Assembly: GCA_019057795.1 (NCBI GenBank) | Contig: JAHLWS010000011.1 | Location: 1-64,000 of the forward strand | Reading direction: 5' to 3' | Length of the DNA: 64,000 nt | Source: Promethearchaeota archaeon | GTDB taxonomy: Archaea; Asgardarchaeota; Lokiarchaeia; Sigyniarchaeales; SOKP01 | Part shown: piece after piece, positions 10,287 to 19,956 of the stretch | Layout: each line of letters starts with the position of its first letter | Position numbering within the stretch: the first letter of the stretch is position 1 | Translations under genes and position numbers: made by a program | Notes under the pieces: generated by a model | What the model saw: the letters and a program-made list of their open reading frames with translations, nothing else | Told to the model about the DNA's origin: nothing | Databases searched by the model: none

Positions 10287-10745
10287 TTGAATTTTAATAA
10301 CATGTCAGAAAAAGAAGCTTGGGCTTATCAACTTGATTGGTTGAATATTATTCATCTTATGGGTTTAGATTCAATCTACCAAATCCCAGAACATAAGAGA
10401 GAAAAGGTAGTAAAGAAATTGACTAAACTATATGATACAGAATTGTTATTATCTTTTACACCTAGTGAATTGGACGAATTAGTAGCAAATGAGTTAAATA
10501 TCCTTATGAAAAAGGAATTAATTTTGCACGAGAGACAGAAAAAGAAAATTGAAAAGCAATTAAGAAGTCAAATGGGGCCTTTAAGAAAAGGAATAATCCC
10601 AATCGATATGAACGACTTAAAAGATTTAGATCCAAAAGATATAATGAAATTTTTCTCTAAAAAGCTAATGGGAAAAGAAGACGACGATGATAACGACGAT
10701 GACAACGATACGAATGTAGACGACAAAACGGGATATTATATATAA
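10287..10745 (+). CDS. Hypothetical protein with acidic tail and C-terminal GYYI (HbYX-like)
   Basis: 152-aa ORF; Asp-rich tail EDDDDNDDDNDTNVDDK ending GYYI. Confidence 0.65.
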   Translation: MNFNNMSEKEAWAYQLDWLNIIHLMGLDSIYQIPEHKREKVVKKLTKLYDTELLLSFTPSELDELVANELNILMKKELILHERQKKKIEKQLRSQMGPLRKGIIPIDMNDLKDLDPKDIMKFFSKKLMGKEDDDDNDDDNDTNVDDKTGYYI

Positions 10746-10774
10746 ACTAATTTAATTAATATTTAAAAATAAAG

Positions 10775-12364
10775 TTAATAAATTTTAAATTTTAACCATT
10801 TTAATTCTACTTTTTTAGCCTTCCTGTAAAATAGGGCAAATGTTAGATAAACTATTGATGACCAAATTATCCAAGATAGGGCTTGATAATTATCTATGTT
10901 TAAGAGATAATTAATAAATTCTTCTACGATGTAAAGCCCTGAATCGTTCGAATCTCCGGGAAATTTGAAAGTTTCAGAAAAAAACTGAATGGCGACAGCT
11001 TCATGTGTATTATGCTTTAAGTTTTTGAAAATATTTTCAATCGTTTTATTATTTGGAAGATCTAATTTTAATTTGATAAAAGTGTTTAAGTCTTCATTAG
11101 TGTGAATGTCAGACCCCGCTATACAAATTAAATTGTTATCTAAGCAAAATTGACGTATCTGCGTATACTTGCTATATCCACCACTATTGATGATTTCAAA
11201 CCCATCGACGCCCCAATCGCGCAATTGTTCAAGGGAATATGGCGCTCCAGACCCGTCTTGGTAATTATAATGGTTTACCGTTATAAAACCACCGTTAGCT
11301 TTTACATAACTTATTAAATCAGAGGCATTCATCGCTTTAGGTCCTCCTGGTGTATAAGATTCGAGAGGTACTAATTCTTCTTCTATCCCAAAGTAATTCA
11401 TATGAATTTCTGGATCTGTTTCGTGATTTGTCCATTCTTCTGCCATCCAGACTGTAAAATCCAGTCCATTTTTCTCAACAAATTCTCGAGCTGCTAAAGC
11501 CCCTCTTATGTTATCGTGATCGGAAAATGCCGCTCCAGAAATCCCGTGTTCAATGTACCATAAAACTCTCTCTTCGGGAGTAAGCCAACCATCAGAAAAG
11601 GTCGTGTGGACATGAAAGTCAAACAAAAACTCGTCGTCGTCAAGAGGTGTAATTGGGATTATTTTATGCGTTGGAAATTGAATTGACAATAAAATAACAT
11701 TAGAACCAAGCAATAGAAATAAAATTCCGGCAAAATAAACAAATTCTTTCTTCAAATTCGCGGTAATTTTTCTATTTCCTTTTTCTATTTTAGCAGCAAA
11801 ATTAAATTTAAGCCTTGGATGGAATAATTTTAAAAGAGATACCCCCGCTTTAATTGAAATTAATATAACCCCAAAGTGTATTCCAATTTGAACCGGGACC
11901 ATAAAGTATCTATTAACAAAGAAAAATCCTTGAATTAAGTATCCTACTAGTACTATTATTAGAATTGCTACAAGCGTTATAGCAAAGACTTTAAACGAAA
12001 AATAAATGAAATCTGTTAACAAATGTTTTAAATGGTTGTATTTGCTTGAATTTAATTTGCCCGATTTTCTTAAGAACACATAAATAACGCGTAGAATAGG
12101 GTATATTATTAAATACAGGAAAAGCCAAGTGAATCGGTATTCTAAAATAAAAGCAATTGCTGCAAAGGGTTCAAAAATATACCTTAAAAATGGCAAAAAG
12201 CTAAAATAATCAGAAGAAACATCGCTTTGACCAAGAGCATTGTAAAAAACTACTTCCCTACGACTAAATATTGCTAACAAAACTAAAATAATAATCCAAA
12301 TTGAAAAGAACAGAGTTCCTATTGAAAATATTTTATTTTTATAAAATAGGGTCTTTAAACGCAT
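10775..12364 (-). CDS. Membrane-anchored PHP-domain phosphoesterase
   Basis: N-terminal TM bundle; DFHVHTTFSDG, SDHD, NH and GSDIH PHP motifs; C-terminal TM helix. Confidence 0.85.
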   Translation of the reverse strand: MRLKTLFYKNKIFSIGTLFFSIWIIILVLLAIFSRREVVFYNALGQSDVSSDYFSFLPFLRYIFEPFAAIAFILEYRFTWLFLYLIIYPILRVIYVFLRKSGKLNSSKYNHLKHLLTDFIYFSFKVFAITLVAILIIVLVGYLIQGFFFVNRYFMVPVQIGIHFGVILISIKAGVSLLKLFHPRLKFNFAAKIEKGNRKITANLKKEFVYFAGILFLLLGSNVILLSIQFPTHKIIPITPLDDDEFLFDFHVHTTFSDGWLTPEERVLWYIEHGISGAAFSDHDNIRGALAAREFVEKNGLDFTVWMAEEWTNHETDPEIHMNYFGIEEELVPLESYTPGGPKAMNASDLISYVKANGGFITVNHYNYQDGSGAPYSLEQLRDWGVDGFEIINSGGYSKYTQIRQFCLDNNLICIAGSDIHTNEDLNTFIKLKLDLPNNKTIENIFKNLKHNTHEAVAIQFFSETFKFPGDSNDSGLYIVEEFINYLLNIDNYQALSWIIWSSIVYLTFALFYRKAKKVELKWLKFKIY

Positions 12365-12461
12365 AATTATAAATTTGCTTTTATCCTTTAAAATATTTTT
12401 AATTAATTTAATAGCTCTTCAAAGTTTTCTCGTTAAAGGAATTATTATATAAAAAGTAATT

Positions 12462-13655
12462 TTAAACAAAAGCGTCTATTGTTTTTAGAAAATTTGAAAA
12501 CTTTTGATAAATTCTAACATCTACTACAGGTAGATTTTCGCATAATAATTTCGATAATTCTTTTTCTTTAATTTTACCTTTAGTAAAAGGTCTTCGACCT
12601 TTTAGTGTAAGAAGAAGCACAGGAATTTGAACATTAGAAGGCTCTAAATCAAAATAGCTAATTGTACTTAAAGATTTTCTTAATTCCTGAGTAATATAGG
12701 CATACAATTTTTCTTTGTCCTTAAATTGCCTTTGAAAATAAATACATTCCCATCGGAATGTCCTATTAGATAACTGAATTTTCTTAACTTTTTTGATATA
12801 TTTATCTTCTTTCGAAATTGAAACTAGAAATATACCCCGATTGAACGAAAAATCTATGGTACACGCCGATTCAGAAGATCCCGGGTTATAAACCCAATCA
12901 TCTAAAACAAACTGCAAATGGTAATGCCCAAGTGCCAAATAATTTACTCTATCTTTCAAGGGAATAAGTTTCTCGTAGCGTACTCCTGGTACTCTTTTCA
13001 TTTGTCCCTCAATACCAAAATGCTGTAGAAGAATATGGAAATAACCGTCATCTTTTACTATTCCTTCCTTTATTTTTAATAGTTCGTCCTCGGGGTTTTC
13101 TCCTAGATATCCCGTACCATAAATCATCGCATTTTTTATTTGGATTTTACCCCCTTTTCTTGTTTGGAAATTATAAATCTTAAACATTTCTTCAGGTGCG
13201 CCATCTAATTCCGCGTCAAGTAATATAATTAACCCTAAACTGGCCAGTAGCTTTAACCACGATTGTCCACGCTTTTTGAACCTAACACCCCTTGAAAACT
13301 TTCGAATATCGTGGTTTCCTTCAATTGCTATTATTAAAATTTGGTTTTTCGAGACTTTTTTGAAACTCGTCAGGAGATTGACTATTTTAGTTAATTTCCC
13401 AGGTAGCATTTCTAAGGATGTAAAAACATCTCCCCCCAATAACAAAAAATCCACTCGATGAATAACTGCTAAAGATAAAATTTCATCAAGAGCAAAAATA
13501 AAATCGTTCGCACGATAATCGTTACGATATTGGTGACTGCCTAGATGAATGTCGCTAGCGTGGATAAACTTGATTGAGTGATTATAACCATATTGATTTT
13601 TTGTTAGATGCTCTAGATTTGTTTCAAATACTTTGGCACTCGTCATTAACATCAA
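12462..13655 (-). CDS. Mre11/SbcD-family metallophosphoesterase nuclease (no rad50 adjacent)
   Basis: DIHLG, GGD, GNHD, ALGHYH and NPGS motifs. Confidence 0.85.
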   Translation of the reverse strand: MMLMTSAKVFETNLEHLTKNQYGYNHSIKFIHASDIHLGSHQYRNDYRANDFIFALDEILSLAVIHRVDFLLLGGDVFTSLEMLPGKLTKIVNLLTSFKKVSKNQILIIAIEGNHDIRKFSRGVRFKKRGQSWLKLLASLGLIILLDAELDGAPEEMFKIYNFQTRKGGKIQIKNAMIYGTGYLGENPEDELLKIKEGIVKDDGYFHILLQHFGIEGQMKRVPGVRYEKLIPLKDRVNYLALGHYHLQFVLDDWVYNPGSSESACTIDFSFNRGIFLVSISKEDKYIKKVKKIQLSNRTFRWECIYFQRQFKDKEKLYAYITQELRKSLSTISYFDLEPSNVQIPVLLLTLKGRRPFTKGKIKEKELSKLLCENLPVVDVRIYQKFSNFLKTIDAFV

Positions 13656-13753
13656 TTAAAAGACATTATTTTACAATAAGAATTGAATGTCAATAAAAAT
13701 ATATAAACCAGAAAGGGCTATAGAAACAGTAAAAAAAGAGGAATAACTTTATT

Positions 13754-15013
13754 TCAAGTAAAATACAGCTTCTCTTTTAAAGAACTATTTACTTGTTTAA
13801 GCAGTTGCCGTTTAACTCCACTGTCGAACTCATATTGTTTCGTATCTAAAAAATCCTCAAGCAATTCCCTATTTAAGTTTGGATATTCGTTATTTTTTAT
13901 CCAGTTAATTATTTCGTCTATTAATTTACCATCTCCACCACCAATAAAAGGGGGTAAGTAAAAATCTGCGATTATTTTAGATGAATAGAGCGTTCTAACG
14001 TATAAGCCTTTATGCTCTAAATTACGATATAAATGAGGTACTTTTTCCGAAAGAGTATCTATTACAATGTTTTTGCCTGCTTTTTGGATTTTTTTGTATA
14101 ACGGAATCCATTCCTCTGATCCTTGTGGTTGCCGACCTGCTCCTGATACCCACTGGATACCTGTCAGATGTGAGATTGATAAAAAATCGTCTAAAAACGG
14201 GATTTGATAAGGACCATCCATATGATAAATAGCGTAATCCATATGTTCGATTTGGGTAATTATATCTGGTAACGCAAATCTTTTAAACCATTTTGGGTTA
14301 AGCATCGCGATAAAATCACATTGGACGGGGTACCAACTTTTCCTACACCAGACATTTAGCCAAGCATTGAAGCCTTTGCAATCCTTCTTAATTATTCCAT
14401 AGAGCTTATCGTAGATTTTTATTAACTTTTCAAGAATAATTTCTCGGCAAGTGTCTATTATGTGTGGATTACGTTTCATAGTTAGTAAAAGATTAGTTGG
14501 CCCTAAGAACGAGGAAAGAATATCTAAAACACCTCCTAGATCTGTAATTGAAACCTGGTAATTTTCTTTCGCTCTATTCACAGCATACTCCGTGATTCTA
14601 AGAATCCTCGAATACCATTCGTTATTCTGATTTAATTTTATGTTTTCAAGTAGAGATATTATTTCTTCTGGTTTGGTTGGGCGACTAAACCAAATAGTTT
14701 CAGATTGAAATTTCGGTTCAACGCCAAAAATAGCCGCAACTATGCCCGGTCCGTAATTTGGAAAATAAGAAGGTATTGCTTCTCCACCATAAAAAGTTTT
14801 TTCGGCATTTTTCTCAAAACTATTAAGAGCTTCCTCGATACCCTCTGGGTTTTTTGCTAACTTCCAATCTTGCCCCAAGGCATCTAAATAACCTCCAATG
14901 GCAGCCCTTTTCTTCGAATAATAATACGATATAACCGGACGATCAATTACCTCGTGATCCCACCACGCATCCATTCGTTCTTTCGATTCTTCGATATCCT
15001 CTTTTAATAACAT
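13754..15013 (-). CDS. Uroporphyrinogen decarboxylase / MtaA-like TIM-barrel protein (putative methyltransferase)
   Basis: DRP, NYGPG, TDLGGVLDIL, QCDF, YHMDG and GIQW motifs. Confidence 0.65.
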   Translation of the reverse strand: MLLKEDIEESKERMDAWWDHEVIDRPVISYYYSKKRAAIGGYLDALGQDWKLAKNPEGIEEALNSFEKNAEKTFYGGEAIPSYFPNYGPGIVAAIFGVEPKFQSETIWFSRPTKPEEIISLLENIKLNQNNEWYSRILRITEYAVNRAKENYQVSITDLGGVLDILSSFLGPTNLLLTMKRNPHIIDTCREIILEKLIKIYDKLYGIIKKDCKGFNAWLNVWCRKSWYPVQCDFIAMLNPKWFKRFALPDIITQIEHMDYAIYHMDGPYQIPFLDDFLSISHLTGIQWVSGAGRQPQGSEEWIPLYKKIQKAGKNIVIDTLSEKVPHLYRNLEHKGLYVRTLYSSKIIADFYLPPFIGGGDGKLIDEIINWIKNNEYPNLNRELLEDFLDTKQYEFDSGVKRQLLKQVNSSLKEKLYFT

Positions 15014-15113
15014 AATAATAAACCAATCGTCAAATTGAATTATTTATATGGCAAAATTATTAATCTTTTTTGAATTATTCGAATTATTTTATTGCGATAA
15101 ATAATTAATTAGA

Positions 15114-15695
15114 ATGAAGCACGTTAAAGAAATACGGTACGAAACAGGCGTAATTCACGGAAGATTCCAAATACTCCACAACGATCATGTGAAATTTCTC
15201 CTAGCTGGAAAAAAACTATGTAATCATTTAATCGTGGGAATCACCAATCCTGACCCTACCCTAACTAAAGTCCACGATTCAAATCCTCATCGCAGTACGC
15301 TTATCGCTAACCCTTTGACTTACTATGAACGCTATGTAATGGTAAGAGAAACTTTATTAGAAAAAGGTTTAGAATTGTCAGAATTCTCTATTGTACCGTT
15401 CCCCATAAATGTACCTGAGTTATTAAAATATTACGTTCCCTTGGATGTGGCATTTTTCCTCTCGATTTACGACGATTGGGGGCGACAAAAGAAAAAATAC
15501 TTAGAATCTTTAGGGTTGAGAGTTCATGTTCTATGGGAAGTACCGTTAGAGGAAAAGGGGTTGAGTGGAAGCGATATTCGCGATTCAATGCTAAAAGGAG
15601 AATCTTGGGAAAATTTATTGCCCACCACTGTAGTCAAACTCATGAAAAAATGGAATATAATAAACCGAATCAATCAATTAAGCGAGAATATATAA
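15114..15695 (+). CDS. Nicotinamide/nicotinate-nucleotide adenylyltransferase (NadM-like)
   Basis: GRFQILHNDH (HxxH), NPLTYYER and SGSDIR motifs. Confidence 0.85.
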   Translation: MKHVKEIRYETGVIHGRFQILHNDHVKFLLAGKKLCNHLIVGITNPDPTLTKVHDSNPHRSTLIANPLTYYERYVMVRETLLEKGLELSEFSIVPFPINVPELLKYYVPLDVAFFLSIYDDWGRQKKKYLESLGLRVHVLWEVPLEEKGLSGSDIRDSMLKGESWENLLPTTVVKLMKKWNIINRINQLSENI

Positions 15696-16081
15696 TATTT
15701 TTAAATGAAAATATAAAAAAGTAGAAATAAAATAGAATTACACTGTAATTAAGAATCATCGCACCAAGCAGATCACCGAATAAGATTTTTTTTCTTTCTG
15801 TCCTTAGGCTCAAATTCTTTTTTTAAAGGATTTAGCTTAAATTTAGATTTGAAAATTAAAATAGTAACTTAATTTATTACAATAAAGATAATATTGATAT
15901 TATTAAGTGAATCTAAAAAATAATTTTTTATAATTGGTAGCTCTAAACGAGTTTTTATTAAAAAGTAACCAATGGCTCGAATACTTAGTAGAAATTATTC
16001 GCAAATAAGCTAAGAAATAATATATATGAGAATGAATCCAAATTGAAAGAAATTATAGTCAGATTAAAGAAAGGAATTTTT

Positions 16082-17038
16082 ATGAATAAAATACTAATAT
16101 TAGGAATTGTACTAGGAGCTTTATTTTGGATTACTGAAGCTACAATGGATACTTTTGTATTTTATTCTGAAGGAAATTTAATCCAACACTTATTTTTCAC
16201 TAATGCTCATGAAATATGGATGCGCTTGATGGTTATTTTATTCATCGTAGCTTTCAGTGTTTATTCTCAAATTATTTTTAATAAAGTTAAAACAAATGAA
16301 CAAAAATTAAAAGAATCAGAAAAAAGCTATCGTGAGGCTTATAATCGTGCAGAATTTTACAAGGATTTATTCACTCACGACATCAATAACATTTTACAAA
16401 ATATATTATCTGGAATACAACTTAGCGAAAATTATATAGGTGACCCAAAAAATGTTGAAAAATTAAAAAAATATAATAATATTATCAAAGATCAAATCAA
16501 GAGAGGGGCAAAATTAGTTTCTAACATTCGCAATATTTCGAAACTTGAAGAAACCGAAATACCGATTAAAAGGATCGAAATTTGTAGTACTTTAGAGAAG
16601 TCAATTACATATGTTGAAAATGCGTATCAAGATAGAAATATTGATATTCAAGTTGATTCTATCGGTAAAAATCTCTATGTTCAAGCTAATGAATTTTTAG
16701 ATGATTTATTCGAAAATATATTGGTTAACGCAATAAAATATAACGAAAATCCGACTGTGGAAATCCTCGTAAAGATTTCCAAAGAGAAAAAGGAAAGCTT
16801 AAATTATCTTAAAATGGAATTTATAGATAATGGCATAGGAATCAACGATTCTAAAAAGAGCTTGATATTTCAAAGAGGGAATAGGGAAGAAACAAGCGTT
16901 CACGGAATGGGTTTAGGATTGTCGCTTGTAAAAAAAATTATTGAAACCTATAATGGAAAAATATGGGTCGAGGATAGAGTTAAGGGAGACCGTACAAAAG
17001 GAAGTAACTTTATTATTTTAATTCCAGAGGCGGGATAA
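16082..17038 (+). CDS. Membrane-bound sensor histidine kinase
   Basis: Two TM helices; H-box THDINN; N-box NAIKY; DNGIG; GMGLGL; ATG at 16082 (ORF track extends to TTG 16043). Confidence 0.9.
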   Translation: MNKILILGIVLGALFWITEATMDTFVFYSEGNLIQHLFFTNAHEIWMRLMVILFIVAFSVYSQIIFNKVKTNEQKLKESEKSYREAYNRAEFYKDLFTHDINNILQNILSGIQLSENYIGDPKNVEKLKKYNNIIKDQIKRGAKLVSNIRNISKLEETEIPIKRIEICSTLEKSITYVENAYQDRNIDIQVDSIGKNLYVQANEFLDDLFENILVNAIKYNENPTVEILVKISKEKKESLNYLKMEFIDNGIGINDSKKSLIFQRGNREETSVHGMGLGLSLVKKIIETYNGKIWVEDRVKGDRTKGSNFIILIPEAG

Positions 17039-17042
17039 ATCG

Positions 17043-17225
17043 GCTAAATTGTTCATTGTTGAGTATGATCCTGCTACTCAATATTTTTATCAGGAAGTTT
17101 TACCAGCTTATGGTTATGAGATTGCAAGTATCGTTAACGATGGAGAAAAAGCCGTTTCCATGTTCAAATCGTTTTCGGAAAAACTAAAAGTAATTTTAAT
17201 TGATCATCGAATGCCTAGTAAATAG
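17043..17225 (+). pseudogene. Truncated response-regulator receiver domain
   Basis: Translates AKLFIVEYDPATQYFYQEVLPAYGYEIASIVNDGEKAVSMFKSFSEKLKVILIDHRMPSK*: the N-terminal half of a REC domain, ending just after D-x-x-MP; no clear start codon. Confidence 0.75.
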
Positions 17226-17282
17226 TAATAAAATTTTAAAATTTCAATAAATAAAAAATAAAAATAAAGTAGAATAAGTTTC

Positions 17283-18692
17283 TTATTTCTTCTTGCGTTT
17301 AGGTTCAATTTTCTTAATAATAATTGCCTCGGCGTGGATTTTACAGTTCTTCAAGATGATCTTGAATCCACCTGCGCCACCTACTCCAGGAATAGTCATC
17401 CCAACAGTTCCCATTGGAACCATCGCGCCTTCTGCTTCCCATTCTTCTTCCTCTTCCTCCTCTTCCGCTAACGCCTCTGCCCACGTTTCGACTATGGGAT
17501 GGTTAACATCCTGTAACCATTGCTTTAATGCGTTAATATCCGTAACTTCTTCTTCAGTTGCGATTTTAGGCAAAAGGTCTTTCGGAAGGAACTCGCCAAC
17601 GCGGTCTTTTACTCCCTTGTTCATCCACACGATAGTCTCAATTCCACCATCGTATTGCTGGTATTTCGGTGACACGATGTACTGGATGCTGATACCGTTA
17701 AAACCGGGCATCTGCTTGCCCCCGCCAGTTTGATTTGCCATCGCGGTGAACGGAAGCCCGTTAATTGCTACGTCGCCGTAGTTTCGATCTACAATTCCGT
17801 GTCCGTTTACTTCAGGGATGTAAAAATCGATAGCTTCGAAACAACCGCACGATGTATGTGGGAATTCCATGCCCGAAAATAGATAAATTCTATCAATTTC
17901 TCCTAACGAACGTTTCTTGATCATCTCATTAATACCGGTATATTCGCCAGCAAGTTTGTTTAAGCATTCGCCTGGGGGAATTTCGAATAAAGGTCCCTTA
18001 GGATCGACTTTCGCAGCTGCCCTTGCATCGAACCAATTAATTGAACCGCATAAACTTGTTCTGTCAGGTGTAATGCAACACGCGTGAGTCGGTGCGAAGG
18101 ATTGGCATAATACGCATCCATAGAACATATCCACATCATCATCGTGTATTGTTCTGGCTCTCTCGTCTCTTTTATCGTAAACTCCCATTGCCATCTCATA
18201 AGTTCTTTCAATTTCTTTTTCATTTGTATAAAAAGTGACTTGAGCTTGTTCGATGATCGGTAGTTCAGCTTTGTAAAGTCTAATAAGAACTGTTCCTAGT
18301 AGTTGAAACGAATTGAAGCCCTTCTCCACTGCAGTCTTAGAGATTCTTAGCCAGTTTGTATATCTCTGGTTAAGGTGCATAATTCCGTTGACGAAATTGC
18401 AGAATTCATGAATCCTTCTTTCAAAAACGGCTTCTAAATCCACTTCTAATTCTGGTCCGGCGACCTCTACTAATATTCCGATTGGATGGGTTGATCCTTC
18501 TTCCATGTCTTTTAAATCGGGTCCATGGATTGTTACTTGACCATCTTTAATCTCTTTTTTAGAAATCACTCTGCAAAGTTCAAAATGTTTTTCCATTTTG
18601 GGCCCGCCTAATTCTACATACATTTGTTTTGCCCTAATACGTTCACCTTCGTATACAGGTCCAATTGGAACAGGAATATCTTCAAAACTCAT
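17283..18692 (-). CDS. cdhC: Acetyl-CoA decarbonylase/synthase beta subunit (acetyl-CoA synthase)
   Basis: YEGERIR, ERRIH, CVLCQSFAPTHAC, LCG, HTSCGCFE; acidic linker and archaeal C-terminal KIILKN..IHAE. Confidence 0.95.
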   Translation of the reverse strand: MSFEDIPVPIGPVYEGERIRAKQMYVELGGPKMEKHFELCRVISKKEIKDGQVTIHGPDLKDMEEGSTHPIGILVEVAGPELEVDLEAVFERRIHEFCNFVNGIMHLNQRYTNWLRISKTAVEKGFNSFQLLGTVLIRLYKAELPIIEQAQVTFYTNEKEIERTYEMAMGVYDKRDERARTIHDDDVDMFYGCVLCQSFAPTHACCITPDRTSLCGSINWFDARAAAKVDPKGPLFEIPPGECLNKLAGEYTGINEMIKKRSLGEIDRIYLFSGMEFPHTSCGCFEAIDFYIPEVNGHGIVDRNYGDVAINGLPFTAMANQTGGGKQMPGFNGISIQYIVSPKYQQYDGGIETIVWMNKGVKDRVGEFLPKDLLPKIATEEEVTDINALKQWLQDVNHPIVETWAEALAEEEEEEEEWEAEGAMVPMGTVGMTIPGVGGAGGFKIILKNCKIHAEAIIIKKIEPKRKKK

Positions 18693-18731
18693 ATTGTAAT
18701 TCTCCTCTTAGTATTTTTCCTTTTTTAATTT

Positions 18732-19262
18732 TTATAAATTTTCAATTAATTTTTCTAAAAATTCTTTCCAATCGTTGTCGCTAAAATTTGGAAGACTAAA
18801 TCGAGCGTTAGGATGTGAATATTTATCCAGTTCAACGGTTCGCAGGTGATTTTGAAAGTTCTTTAATCGACTTAAAGTCTGACTTACGTAGTAGACAATA
18901 TGTCCACCAAAAATAGCCATTCTATATTGTCCTTTGCCATCTAAGCCTTTCCAATCTTTATCTACTAGTCTACCTGTAATATTAATCAACGACATATCCC
19001 ATAATTTATCGTCTGGAATTTTACCTTTTACGTACTTGTATGTATGACCCGTAGTAAGGACGTGACAATCTAGTTTCTTTGCTATTTCAATAAAATAGTC
19101 AGCAACTTTCTTTCCATCAAGTTCCCAAGTTAAAGACTCTGAGCCTATGACAAAAAGCTTCTTTTTATCGTCCTTCAAGAAGTTTGCCATGACTTTTGGG
19201 TCAAAAACGGTCGTCCCTTGTTCCGGTCCCGGAATATTGGCTTTTTGATACGGTCTTGTCAT
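18732..19262 (-). CDS. cdhB: CO dehydrogenase/ACS epsilon subunit
   Basis: ANIPGP, W.GLDGKGQY, YYVSQTLSRLKNF, PNARFSLPN; probable start ATG 19262; directly upstream of cdhC. Confidence 0.9.
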   Translation of the reverse strand: MTRPYQKANIPGPEQGTTVFDPKVMANFLKDDKKKLFVIGSESLTWELDGKKVADYFIEIAKKLDCHVLTTGHTYKYVKGKIPDDKLWDMSLINITGRLVDKDWKGLDGKGQYRMAIFGGHIVYYVSQTLSRLKNFQNHLRTVELDKYSHPNARFSLPNFSDNDWKEFLEKLIENL

Positions 19263-19415
19263 ATTTACATCAATTTCCTCTGTTAAAGATTTTAGCTGTA
19301 AGTTTAAAATAATTACTATATTTTTATTTATTAAGCGTATTTTAAAAAAGTTGGTTTTATTTAAATTGACCAAATTTATATGTATAAACATTAGAATTAA
19401 AGTGAAATATTAGAC

Positions 19416-19715
19416 ATGTGCGAGTTTAAGATTATAAAGAAAAACGATGGCTCCCAGATATTAGAAGATATTGTAGTTTTATCGTATAACGAAGATAGTG
19501 AATTAATATTCAAAGATGTGATCGGAATGGGGGAAATATTAGAATCAGCCCTCATTTTAGATGTTAACACGTTAAATCAAACATGCATCGTACTGGAACA
19601 TCCTCTTATTAGGAGATTTATTGATATAATTCAAAAAGTTAATAATAAAACAATTTCCAAATCCGAAATTGAAAGTTTCGAAAAGCAATTAGACGATCTC
19701 AAAAAGAACCTTTGA
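19416..19715 (+). CDS. CooT-family nickel-binding protein
   Basis: N-terminal MC motif, ILEDIV, DVIG; divergent from cdhBC. Confidence 0.75.
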   Translation: MCEFKIIKKNDGSQILEDIVVLSYNEDSELIFKDVIGMGEILESALILDVNTLNQTCIVLEHPLIRRFIDIIQKVNNKTISKSEIESFEKQLDDLKKNL

Positions 19716-19768
19716 TTAGTACAAACATTCCCACACGCGTTAATTTTTAAATTAGTGAATCTTCTTAT

Positions 19769-19936
19769 ATGAGTATGGAAGCAAGATTTTATGAAGAAGT
19801 AGATGATTTATATATTACCATATAGTACTGTTTCTTGTTTACGTATTTAAGTAATCCAACTTCAAATAGTATTTATCAAAAAAGAGGTTATAGACCTGTT
19901 ATTGACGAAAATCACCATAAATTTTTAACAAAATAG
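19769..19936 (+). pseudogene. Internally deleted GNAT acetyltransferase remnant
   Basis: One frame reads MSMEARFYEEVDDLYITI*YCFLFTYLSNPTSNSIYQKRGYRPVIDENHHKFLTK*; LFT..SNPTSN.IYQK.GY is a GNAT C-terminal motif. Confidence 0.7.
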
Positions 19937-19956
19937 TATTTTGTTAAGGGGATATT

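Noticed and set aside
15740-15850. Possible gene remnant on the minus strand between the adenylyltransferase and the kinase
   Set aside because: Short broken frames with no recognisable family motif.
17293-17733. Antisense 146-aa ORF with poly-Ser, and the other short ORFs overlapping larger genes in the track
   Set aside because: Shadow frames of well-supported genes; the poly-Ser mirrors the poly-Glu linker of CdhC.
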